From positions 1 to 60,254 of IMG/VR virus record IMGVR_UViG_3300045747_000144: a stretch of DNA of 60,254 bases; one strand, written 5' to 3'. The notes below the pieces were generated by a model. The model saw only the letters and a list, made by a program, of their open reading frames with translations, was not told where the DNA came from and did not search any database. Positions 29,682 through 38,562 of the stretch are shown here, one piece after another. The stretch is from a virus. Taxonomy: Duplodnaviria; Caudoviricetes. Position numbers and translations under genes: made by a program. Every line of letters begins with the position of its first letter. Positions within the stretch are counted from its first letter, which is position 1.

Positions 29682-30449
29682 ATGATGAAATGCCCATATT
29701 GTAATATAGAAACAAGAAACCTAGGTAATCACACTAAGGGGTGCAACAACTACAAAAATCAAATTATAGCTGTTACATCATTCATGGATAAAAATATAGA
29801 AGAAATAAAACATCTATATATTGACGATGAATTTTCAGTTTCAGAAGTTGGAAACTGGATAAATGAAAAGTTAGGTACATCACTGACTGCCACATTCTTC
29901 TTTGATGAAAAAAGGGGGATTAAGTGGTGGATGACGAAACATAGTATATATCGCGGGGTAAGATTCACGAAACGTAGGTCCAAAAAAACTCGTGATACCA
30001 CATTAGAACGACATGGTGTAATGAATATTGGTTGCACCAAACAATATGGATGGAATAATACAAATAAAATAGAGTACGACAAGATATCGTACTTGACAGA
30101 CAAATTTTATGAATATGAAAATCTAGTAAAACGATTTACCAATAGGTCAGCAAAATTAAAAGATAAACCAGCTTATTGTGAATATACTGGTATCATGTTC
30201 ATTGATACAGAATTAGGTAGAGAAGTTAACCCAAATGACCCAAGGAAAAGGTCTATAGACCATAAGATACCTACTATATGGGGATATTTAAATCATATTT
30301 CACCTGAAGTTATAGGTGGAATAAATAACTTAGCATATGTGTTACGTTATGTCAATACAATTAAAGCAAATACTTTGTATGAATCTTTCATACCTATGGC
30401 AATTAAAATGAGGGAAGTTTTCAAAAATGAAGGTTACAAAAGTAATTAA
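29682..30449 (+). mobile_element. Free-standing HNH-type endonuclease between the split-intein halves
   Basis: CPYC...H...C zinc finger; RSIDHKIP...NNL...N..K; AAGGAG SD; late promoter GATAAATA at 29654. Confidence 0.8.
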
Positions 30450-31506
30450 ACTCGACTGTGGATATGATCAACATGACATATCCACAGCAACGGAGAACTT
30501 CTATACTAAAGTGGGAGATTCATGGGTTCTCATTCATAATTCACCATCAGTGGTTCTTGGAACTCACCCAGAAACTAAAAAATTCTTTGTTGCATCTAAA
30601 TCTGCTTTCAACAAAGACCCAAAAATCAATTACACCGATGAAGATATTGACCGCAACCATGGTCATGCTCCTGGTCTAGCTAAGAAACTAAAATCACTTC
30701 TAAAACACGGACACAAGCTGGGTATTAAAGGTGTTGCGCAGGGTGATATGCTTTATGATGAATCAGATAAGCACGAACACGAAGGCAAGATTCATTTTAA
30801 ACCAAACACTATCAAGTATTCTATTGATAAGAAGCATCCTGAGGGCAAGAAGGTAGCTAGATCAAAAATCGGTGTTGCGTTGCATACAGAGTATGATGAA
30901 AAGGGTAATGCTGTACTAAACCCACACATTAAAGTTAAAGAACATCCAGATGTTTATAATATGCCAGTGGCTGTGCATAAAGATAAGATGAAATTTGATC
31001 ATGCTAAACTGAAACATCATGCTTCTGAAATTGGTAAGAAGATGAAGGAAATTCCTAAAGAGGGATGGGATGCAGTATCACACCCTGCAGCGGCAGAGCA
31101 TGTCAAGACTTACATCAACCAAAAAGTCCGTAAAGGTGAAACGGATTATAATGTAGATGAACTCCAGAAGCACATTCATGGTAAGTATCAGAAAGAAATT
31201 GATAAAGTAAAATCTGATAAAGCGAAGAGTGCTAAGGCCCAAGAAAGAGATACCATATCAGGTCATGTTAATATCCATGCTCACCATTACAAGAAAGCAT
31301 TTGAAATTCAACATCACATTAACGCGGCAAAGCACCATGTTATTGATAGTTTAAACCACAACCAGACATTTGATCATCACTATGAAAATGGTGAAAAGGC
31401 ATCACCAGAAGGTTATGTAAGCATTGGTCACCACGGTCCAGTTAAATTTGTCAATCGTGGTGATTTTAGTCGTGCCAATTTTGCGATGTCAGCAAACAGG
31501 AAATAA
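30427..31506 (+). CDS. Split intein C-half (38 aa) fused to C-extein of the ligase-like protein
   Basis: MKVTKV...HDIST.TENF...VLIHN|SPS; extein KFFVASKSAFNK.PKIN, QGD, FKPNTI.Y, EGYV, VKFVNR..FS.ANF. Confidence 0.9.
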   Translation: MKVTKVIKLDCGYDQHDISTATENFYTKVGDSWVLIHNSPSVVLGTHPETKKFFVASKSAFNKDPKINYTDEDIDRNHGHAPGLAKKLKSLLKHGHKLGIKGVAQGDMLYDESDKHEHEGKIHFKPNTIKYSIDKKHPEGKKVARSKIGVALHTEYDEKGNAVLNPHIKVKEHPDVYNMPVAVHKDKMKFDHAKLKHHASEIGKKMKEIPKEGWDAVSHPAAAEHVKTYINQKVRKGETDYNVDELQKHIHGKYQKEIDKVKSDKAKSAKAQERDTISGHVNIHAHHYKKAFEIQHHINAAKHHVIDSLNHNQTFDHHYENGEKASPEGYVSIGHHGPVKFVNRGDFSRANFAMSANRK

Positions 31507-31507
31507 T

Positions 31508-32104
31508 ATGCTATCATTTAAAGAATTCATCTCAGAGTCGGAAAAAGAGAAACATTTTGCAATGACATACATGCGGGCTAATCCGCCGACTGTGGGTCAT
31601 TCTAAGGTAATTGCTGCAGTGGCAAAACATCCCGGAACACATAGGATTGTTGTTTCGCATTCTCAGGATGCAAAGAAGAACCCTTTGACTGGGGAGGAGA
31701 AGGCCACGTTTTTGCGGGTAGCACACCCAGAACACCATGACAATATACAAGCAGCAAGTACTGAGTCGCCCACCATACTTCACCACTTGGCAAAGTTGCA
31801 TTCTGAAGGTCACACCCACGGAAAGGTGATTGTTGGAGAGGATAGAATTAAGGAAATGAGTTCTCTGGTTAGCAAATATAATGGCGTCAAGGCAGGTCAT
31901 GGATATTACAACTTTAAGAAAGTAGATGTGGAATCTGCTGGGCACCGTGATCCTGATGCAGAAGGTGTTGAAGGCATGAGCGCAACCAAGATGAGAGATG
32001 CTGCTAAGACCGGTGACACCGAGAAGTTCAAATCTGGGTTACATCCAAACCTACACAAACATGCCACAGAAATCATGAGTAAAATTAAAGACAGATTAAA
32101 ATGA
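31508..32104 (+). CDS. Cytidyltransferase-like (HIGH superfamily) nucleotidyltransferase
   Basis: RANPPTVGH, SHSQD.KKNPL, VGEDR, SAG.RDPDAEGVEGMSATKMR; MLSFKEFISE N-terminus. Confidence 0.85.
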   Translation: MLSFKEFISESEKEKHFAMTYMRANPPTVGHSKVIAAVAKHPGTHRIVVSHSQDAKKNPLTGEEKATFLRVAHPEHHDNIQAASTESPTILHHLAKLHSEGHTHGKVIVGEDRIKEMSSLVSKYNGVKAGHGYYNFKKVDVESAGHRDPDAEGVEGMSATKMRDAAKTGDTEKFKSGLHPNLHKHATEIMSKIKDRLK

Positions 32105-32631
32105 TAACATTCAAAGAGTTTATATCTTCGACAACCGTTCGAAGATATACAGGTAAGAATGGGTTCTACGCATGGTTAAATGTTGCTCAAGACTCTTTAG
32201 AGGATATTCTAAAATATTTTTCTGATATAAAATTCACAACTGAGCAACTAGTTGACCTACATGTAACAGTCATGTATAGCAACACTCCCATTCCAGTATC
32301 TTGTGTGAACGAGAATAAAAAGATGCCGGATGCTACATTTATTCAATCGGTGCGGGCAAAAGAACTTGAATTTTGGGGTGGGCATTCCGGAAAGGGGTTC
32401 CTTGTTCTTAAATTGGATGCCAGTTATATCAAGCATTTGCACGAAAAATGGGTCAAATGTGGTGCAAAACCGACATTTCCTGAGTACACACCACATATGA
32501 CAATGATCACACCTTGCGATGATACATCAACATTGAAGAAGTTAATTGAGAAGTACAACGAGAAGTTAAATAAAGAACCGTTGCAGATTACATTGATACA
32601 AGAACAATGTGAAGATGTGAACGAAGATTAA
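32101..32631 (+). CDS. acb1: 2H phosphoesterase, T4 57B/Acb1-like (anti-CBASS candidate)
   Basis: Two HxT motifs (LHVTVMYS, YTPHMTM), LVLKL, GAKPTFPEY; MITFKEFIS N-terminus. Confidence 0.75.
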   Translation: MITFKEFISSTTVRRYTGKNGFYAWLNVAQDSLEDILKYFSDIKFTTEQLVDLHVTVMYSNTPIPVSCVNENKKMPDATFIQSVRAKELEFWGGHSGKGFLVLKLDASYIKHLHEKWVKCGAKPTFPEYTPHMTMITPCDDTSTLKKLIEKYNEKLNKEPLQITLIQEQCEDVNED

Positions 32632-32660
32632 TAAATACAATAAACACATAGGAATTAGCC

Positions 32661-34448
32661 ATGACCATTAAATCTCTCATCTCTGCAGACTTGTTGAATA
32701 CAGTTGAATCATACAATGAAACATTGCCTCAGCCGGAAGAACCTAATACTGATTATTCATACATTAAAACCGAGGGGTTGAATACATTAGCTGCATGGGG
32801 CGATAAAGAAGTAAATGAAGCAACTGGTCTAAGCCCAGCGCTACTATCAAGATATAAAAAAGGTGCGGGTGAATATGCATCATCTGCCGATAGTTTATCT
32901 AGCACATTCCACAAAATCGGTGACCATGAAACAGCCAAAAAATTTACAGACAAGTCCAACAAGAGATTTAGTGGTATTCTAAAAGCAACAAGAAAGCAAT
33001 TTGATAACGATAGTAACGGTATCAAAGAAGGTTTAGCAGATGACTTTTTATCTATGGCTAAGGGCATGAAGAATCCAAACGGTTCCCCGCGGTTCGCAAA
33101 TGCTAGAATTGTGACGCCAGAAGAGAAGATTAAAGAACGCCAAGCATTGGACGCTAAACGTGCTGAAGAGTTAAAAAATAACCCCCCAAAACCTAGAGTG
33201 TATGCAGATGATGAAAAAGATGACAATTCCAGAGGATATGGCAAGGGCCGTTATATGGGTGATTCTGTTGAATACGCAGGATTGGATAGTATAATTGAAG
33301 GTAGAATGGTTCCCACGCACAACGCATCAGGCAAACCAAATCCAAACCACCCTGCATACTCTAAACACAAAGCTGCTTATGATTCAGAACAAGCTGAAGT
33401 TGAGGCATCAACATTTTCACTCAAAAATCAAGATGCACGCAACAAAGCCGCCAAAAAACCAACAGAGAATCCAGTCAAGATGTCTCATATTGATGATGCT
33501 ATTGGTTCATCATATCCAGATGTAGAACCATATGATCATCTATCAAGGCAGTTTCCAGAATTACATAAACAGAATAAGTTGTCAGATATGGCAGACAAAG
33601 CAATACGTGCAAATACAAAACACAAGTCATTCTCACATTATACTGACGATATGTATAAGCAATTTAAAGCTGACTCTGATCACGACGAGAAAATGATGGG
33701 TGAAGACACAGTCCTAGATGAACAATCCGCACAAGAATTCATGGCTAATGCAATGAATAGCATTGATCCTCAACACAGGTCTGCAGCGAGAAAGACATAC
33801 CGCGATGCCAGAAACCGGGGAATGACACACGCATCAGCATTGACAAATATGTACAATAAGCATAGAAAGGTAAATGAATCTGTATCACAATTAGATGAAG
33901 TTCGCATGCCGCTGCAAGGTCATCCTTATCACGACAAAACAGATGACCAACTTAAGTATATTATTAAGGATGCAGGAGAGGCAGCTAGAGCACAAAAGGG
34001 TATGTCCTCAGAGGGAAAGTATTTAGACCAAGTTAATGATGCCACAACTGTATTGTATCATAGAAAAAAACAACAAGTTAAAGAAGCATTCCAGGCAGTT
34101 ATGCCACAACCTCAACGTGGTCCAACACAAGTAGAGATGGACAAAGCCCAAGCTCATGTCAAGAAGGCACACCCAGGAATGAAGTTAAATGGTGTGGCTA
34201 TTGGAATGGATGGCAAGGTTAATGTAAAGGCAGTTAAAACAGCAAGTTCAGTGGTCGAAGAATCTGAACTGACAGAACTAGACACTTCAACATACAAAGA
34301 ATATTTGCAAGGAAGAAAACAGTCGGGCAAACCAAACTCCATCCACAAGGCAGTTAAACAGGCTCTTGGCGTCAGAATTGCAAAAGAAAAACTCCAAGCT
34401 AAAGAGGCCAAGGCAAAAGCTGATTCAATGGGCAAAGTTTATCAATAA
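32661..34448 (+). CDS. Putative internal head polyprotein
   Basis: Late promoter at 32630; many (L/I/V)xE sites; charged, low-complexity blocks. Confidence 0.6.
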   Translation: MTIKSLISADLLNTVESYNETLPQPEEPNTDYSYIKTEGLNTLAAWGDKEVNEATGLSPALLSRYKKGAGEYASSADSLSSTFHKIGDHETAKKFTDKSNKRFSGILKATRKQFDNDSNGIKEGLADDFLSMAKGMKNPNGSPRFANARIVTPEEKIKERQALDAKRAEELKNNPPKPRVYADDEKDDNSRGYGKGRYMGDSVEYAGLDSIIEGRMVPTHNASGKPNPNHPAYSKHKAAYDSEQAEVEASTFSLKNQDARNKAAKKPTENPVKMSHIDDAIGSSYPDVEPYDHLSRQFPELHKQNKLSDMADKAIRANTKHKSFSHYTDDMYKQFKADSDHDEKMMGEDTVLDEQSAQEFMANAMNSIDPQHRSAARKTYRDARNRGMTHASALTNMYNKHRKVNESVSQLDEVRMPLQGHPYHDKTDDQLKYIIKDAGEAARAQKGMSSEGKYLDQVNDATTVLYHRKKQQVKEAFQAVMPQPQRGPTQVEMDKAQAHVKKAHPGMKLNGVAIGMDGKVNVKAVKTASSVVEESELTELDTSTYKEYLQGRKQSGKPNSIHKAVKQALGVRIAKEKLQAKEAKAKADSMGKVYQ

Positions 34449-34488
34449 TATTTCCTGATAAATATATCACAAAACATTGATGGGCACC

Positions 34489-35286
34489 ATGAAGAAATTT
34501 ACACAACTATTGAACGAAGTCAAAACTGCTCCTGAGCAGCTTAATGGGGCAACTGCCCTGCGAGAATCTTACGTTAACGGTGATATATTTCAAATTGGTG
34601 CGCTTGTCAAAACCAACAAAGGTATTGCTGAAATTATAAACCGTGGCCCTAATTATGTAACATTAGTTAAAGAGGGTGCAATATTCAAACGGTGGATAAC
34701 AGACATTTCAGAGACAGATTCCCAGTCTACCAAACAATCCAAAATATACAAAGAGTCATTTGTAGTTAATGGATATAAAACGGTCAACTTCTCAAAACAA
34801 TTAGCAGAAAAATTCAATGAGGTTGCCAAAGTGCACCCAGACAAATTTGCACTTTTCACCTGCGCAGTATGCTGTGATAAATTACTTGGTGCGTCTGCAG
34901 AAGAATTAGTAGAGAACTTCGACAAGTTTAGAATTGAATTTGATAGGGCAAGTAAATATCTATCAAAATTTGATATAGTGGTTGAGGAAATGGGCGCTAT
35001 AGAAGACAAGCTACTAGAATATGCTCTATTTGAAGGTGTTAAATTTTCAGCCACAAACAAACACAAAGTGGCCACCATTATTTCTGGGGCTGTTGGTCAC
35101 AAGTCAACAAGTAGAGACCCAACAGATATCATTCACGGTTCAATAGATCATGTTAAGAAGAACAGATACTCTGAAGAGCAATGGAAAATATTAGGCAAGA
35201 TGCTAAATAAAGCAACTGAGGCTGGTATTAAATGGGACAAGGCCAGGTTACACGCAATCACACAACAATTTATGGGGTTAAAATAA
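34489..35286 (+). CDS. Putative internal protein; resembles the C-terminal domain of T4-like phage cytidyltransferases
   Basis: MKKFTQLLNE; LRESYVNGDIFQIG...EIINRGPNYV...KRWITD. Confidence 0.6.
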   Translation: MKKFTQLLNEVKTAPEQLNGATALRESYVNGDIFQIGALVKTNKGIAEIINRGPNYVTLVKEGAIFKRWITDISETDSQSTKQSKIYKESFVVNGYKTVNFSKQLAEKFNEVAKVHPDKFALFTCAVCCDKLLGASAEELVENFDKFRIEFDRASKYLSKFDIVVEEMGAIEDKLLEYALFEGVKFSATNKHKVATIISGAVGHKSTSRDPTDIIHGSIDHVKKNRYSEEQWKILGKMLNKATEAGIKWDKARLHAITQQFMGLK

Positions 35287-35546
35287 TGTCAGATCAAATC
35301 AAACGTGCTGCTGAATTAATGATCAGCGAAGGTGTTTTAGATACCATCAAAGGTGCATATATTGTCGAATCAAAAGATACAGTCACTATTCATCATCCAG
35401 GTCACAGACTACACGGTAAAAGCGCCAGTGTTTTCTTTAGACATCCTGATGGTGCAGTAAACTCTCAAGTTACCAATTCATCCAGAAAAGGTGACGTGAC
35501 AAATTTGACATTGAAACCTGGTCAATTTAAAGAATCAGCAGAATAA
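35286..35546 (+). CDS. Hypothetical protein (possible internal protein)
   Basis: TAATG-coupled; ISE/IVE sites. Confidence 0.6.
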   Translation: MSDQIKRAAELMISEGVLDTIKGAYIVESKDTVTIHHPGHRLHGKSASVFFRHPDGAVNSQVTNSSRKGDVTNLTLKPGQFKESAE

Positions 35547-35561
35547 TAAGAAGGAAATATA

Positions 35562-35843
35562 ATGGATCATAAAGAAAAAGCAGCGACAAAATGGGCAGCG
35601 TATAAGAACGGTGGATGGAACGTCACCGACGTTGTAAGCACAGAAGATAACTCCGTATTCTTCTCTGAAAAAGATAATGTGTATAGGAAACATGAATTTA
35701 CATTTAACGACGCAGTTGTTACATTGTCTGCTCCTATTAATTTCAAAGTACCTGTAGTAATTATTGCAGAAGTTGAACCGGAACCTATTGTAGTCGTTCA
35801 ACAACCAGTCACCAAAGTATCAAAGAAAAAGGGAGCAAAATAA
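35562..35843 (+). CDS. Hypothetical protein
   Basis: AAGGA SD. Confidence 0.65.
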   Translation: MDHKEKAATKWAAYKNGGWNVTDVVSTEDNSVFFSEKDNVYRKHEFTFNDAVVTLSAPINFKVPVVIIAEVEPEPIVVVQQPVTKVSKKKGAK

Positions 35844-37009
35844 TGGGTCTAAAATCAGTAATCACTAGCGAATTGTTAGAATCGGTATTGGCATACAATT
35901 CTATACAAGAGTCGTTTGAAGTTAAGAACTCCGAAGGTAAGGTTGTTCATACTGCGTTCTCGCAATCAGCGGCAGAGAAAAAGGCAGCTGAACTAACTAC
36001 AGAAGGCAATAAACATTCTGTGGCATTCAATAGAACAGCTGCAGTGACAGAGGGTACCATGCACCCGGCCGGCGCAACTCTGTTAAAACATATCAAACCA
36101 GAGCATCACGAGAAGTACAAGAAATTTTTGCAAAAAGGCACATTCAATGGGTCTTACAGTGATCGTGCATCAGTATTGAATGCAGCTAAAAGCGCAGGAC
36201 ACCTTATCTCTGAAAGTGTAGAAGAAGATGATGCTACACCTACAGGATATTCTGGTAGCCGTCACACACCTGAAGAGATTGAAAATGGCAAGAAGAGAAA
36301 GAAAGAGAACGAGCGAAATGAATGGGCAGCAAAGAATGGTCGCAAAGTTCAAGGAAATTATGGTAAAGCATTTGACACGAATATCGAAGGTGATGAGATC
36401 AAACCCCGTGCAAAGGTTGACCCAAATAGACGCCGTGGACGTCCTAGCAAGGCCGAGTCTAATACAGGCGAAACATTTGACTCCACAGGATTGGCAAAGG
36501 TATCCTGGTTGAATATGGGTAAGACTACTTTACCTAAAGGTAAGGGTAGAAAAATTACACCAATGGCAACTGGTGACAAAAATGAATTGCCAGAAGCAGT
36601 TAAAATGGGTGGTGCTGAACTAGACGGTTCCGCCGATAACGCTAGACAATTTGCCAAAAAGGGAACAGGCGACACCAAAGTGTCAGCAGCATCTAAATTT
36701 TATCAGATGCAAACATCAATAAGTGATGAGGACATTAATAAGTTGCAAGCAACTCTAGGTGCAGGCGCAACCAATATCCCTCAGCATTCTAAACATGGTG
36801 TGTCATTGTGTATGCAAAAAGAAGGATACCAATACTCTTATGATATTTCTGTTGCAGGTAATATCCTAAAAGAAGGCGTTGGTATCACAGAATCAGGTAT
36901 TCTAGCAGAAGCAACAAGATTCATGGAATCTGTACTAGCAGAAGCAGAGAGAATTGATAGTCAATCCGATCGTATCAAAGATATTATTAGAACAGCTGTC
37001 AATAAATAA
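35843..37009 (+). CDS. Putative internal head polyprotein with AT-hook-like motif
   Basis: N-terminus resembles ORF 32661; RRRGRPSK; xxE sites. Confidence 0.6.
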   Translation: MGLKSVITSELLESVLAYNSIQESFEVKNSEGKVVHTAFSQSAAEKKAAELTTEGNKHSVAFNRTAAVTEGTMHPAGATLLKHIKPEHHEKYKKFLQKGTFNGSYSDRASVLNAAKSAGHLISESVEEDDATPTGYSGSRHTPEEIENGKKRKKENERNEWAAKNGRKVQGNYGKAFDTNIEGDEIKPRAKVDPNRRRGRPSKAESNTGETFDSTGLAKVSWLNMGKTTLPKGKGRKITPMATGDKNELPEAVKMGGAELDGSADNARQFAKKGTGDTKVSAASKFYQMQTSISDEDINKLQATLGAGATNIPQHSKHGVSLCMQKEGYQYSYDISVAGNILKEGVGITESGILAEATRFMESVLAEAERIDSQSDRIKDIIRTAVNK

Positions 37010-37033
37010 TAAAGAACATTCAAGGAGAAGGTA

Positions 37034-38098
37034 ATGTCAAATTTAGGTTTTCAAACAGCCAATTTAAAATTGGTCCCAGTGTCGACAGCGGATTTCGGTG
37101 TATTGACATTCGCATCTGGCACACTTACGGGTTTCAAGACAGGTGAAAAGATTTCTGGCGGCACTTCAGGTGCTACAGCAAGAGTATCCGGTGTCATTTC
37201 AGCAACAGAACTTCGTATCAAGGCCGTTAAGCCAAATGGTACTACGGGTGCGTTGTTTGTAGCAGGTGAAACAATTACTGGCGCAACAAGCACAGTAACA
37301 GGTATTCTGAATGCAACACAAGCAACAGCTTATGCACAAAAACGTAAGCAGTTGCGTTATGACAGCACAGCGCCAACATTGGCAACGGGCAATGTGACTT
37401 TTGCATTGACTGGCAATCATATCACATTTACCACAGCAAATTCAACTGGCACAACTGGGATGGCTCCTGGTGCACAATTTATTGTATCCGGTGCGAATGC
37501 TGCAAACAATCAAGTTTATACTGTATTGTCAGTGGTTTCAGGTGTTGCTCTGACCGTCACACCTGCTCCAGGTGCTGCCGAGGGTCCTATTGCAGCGGTT
37601 GCTAAGGGATTGCGATATTTGGTTTCGTTTAATTCTGTGTCCGCAGATGACAAGGGATTGAGCAAAACTGGTTCTCATGGTTTGCAAGAAGTTACAGTTG
37701 CAGCAAGAATGATGATGTCTAAGTCACAAGTGACAGATACGTCAGTTGCTCCAGTATACGCATGGACTATCCCAGCGGCAGGTAACTATTCTGTTGCAGG
37801 TGCAGGTACAATGAGATTTACAATGGCATTAAATGAGTCAGTTACAGTAGTGGGTGCACCGAGAGTAGCGATCGTAGACGTAGGTTCAGCACACACTGTA
37901 TATGCTACATATAACCCAATTGCATCTGATGCAGACACACTAGTGTTTGATTATGTGTTAGGTTCATCGTTGACATCAGCTGGCCAAATTGTGTCAGTTG
38001 CATACAACGCAAACGGTGCAACAATTACAGATATCGGCGGTGCAGCTCTAGTGCCAACAATCTCCAACTCTGTAACTGGTATCCTGATTACAGCGTAA
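37034..38098 (+). CDS. Virion structural/decoration protein
   Basis: Late promoter at 37001; AAGGAG SD; F..GE.I.G.TS repeats; Ala/Gly/Thr-rich. Confidence 0.65.
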   Translation: MSNLGFQTANLKLVPVSTADFGVLTFASGTLTGFKTGEKISGGTSGATARVSGVISATELRIKAVKPNGTTGALFVAGETITGATSTVTGILNATQATAYAQKRKQLRYDSTAPTLATGNVTFALTGNHITFTTANSTGTTGMAPGAQFIVSGANAANNQVYTVLSVVSGVALTVTPAPGAAEGPIAAVAKGLRYLVSFNSVSADDKGLSKTGSHGLQEVTVAARMMMSKSQVTDTSVAPVYAWTIPAAGNYSVAGAGTMRFTMALNESVTVVGAPRVAIVDVGSAHTVYATYNPIASDADTLVFDYVLGSSLTSAGQIVSVAYNANGATITDIGGAALVPTISNSVTGILITA

Positions 38099-38105
38099 TT
38101 GAATA

Positions 38106-38552
38106 ATGGCTGATAAAAAAATATCAGGACTAACAGTAGTAACATCCGTCACACCGACGGATGTTTTGCCTATTGTCCAAAGTTCAAACACCAAAAAGGT
38201 TTCAATAACTACGTTGTTTGGTGACATCCCAGTTGATATGAAATATAGTGGATTGTTGCAGTCATCTGTTCAACCAGAGACTATTACTTCAGGTAATCTA
38301 TCTGTTCTTGTACCAATATCATTTATAGTTAATCAGACAGGTGCGGATTCAAGTTTAATCTTGCCAGCAGGATCATTGAATTTAGAGAAAACTATATTGG
38401 CCACAGATTTAACAACCAATAAAGTTGTAGTTAGTATTACCGGTCAATCATTCACTGCTTTAACTTTTAATTCAACTGGGTCTAGTGCTAGGTTGATATA
38501 TACAAACAATAAATGGTTTATATTATCCCTATATAATGTAACTGCATCGTAA
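38106..38552 (+). CDS. Virion structural protein
   Basis: MADKKISGL N-terminal motif shared with the next gene. Confidence 0.6.
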   Translation: MADKKISGLTVVTSVTPTDVLPIVQSSNTKKVSITTLFGDIPVDMKYSGLLQSSVQPETITSGNLSVLVPISFIVNQTGADSSLILPAGSLNLEKTILATDLTTNKVVVSITGQSFTALTFNSTGSSARLIYTNNKWFILSLYNVTAS

Positions 38553-38562
38553 AGAGAAAACT

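Noticed and set aside
29033-32104. NARP-type NAD reconstitution pathway
   Set aside because: No Nampt/Namat- or PRPP-synthetase-like gene in the window; the HIGH enzyme's substrate cannot be assigned from sequence.
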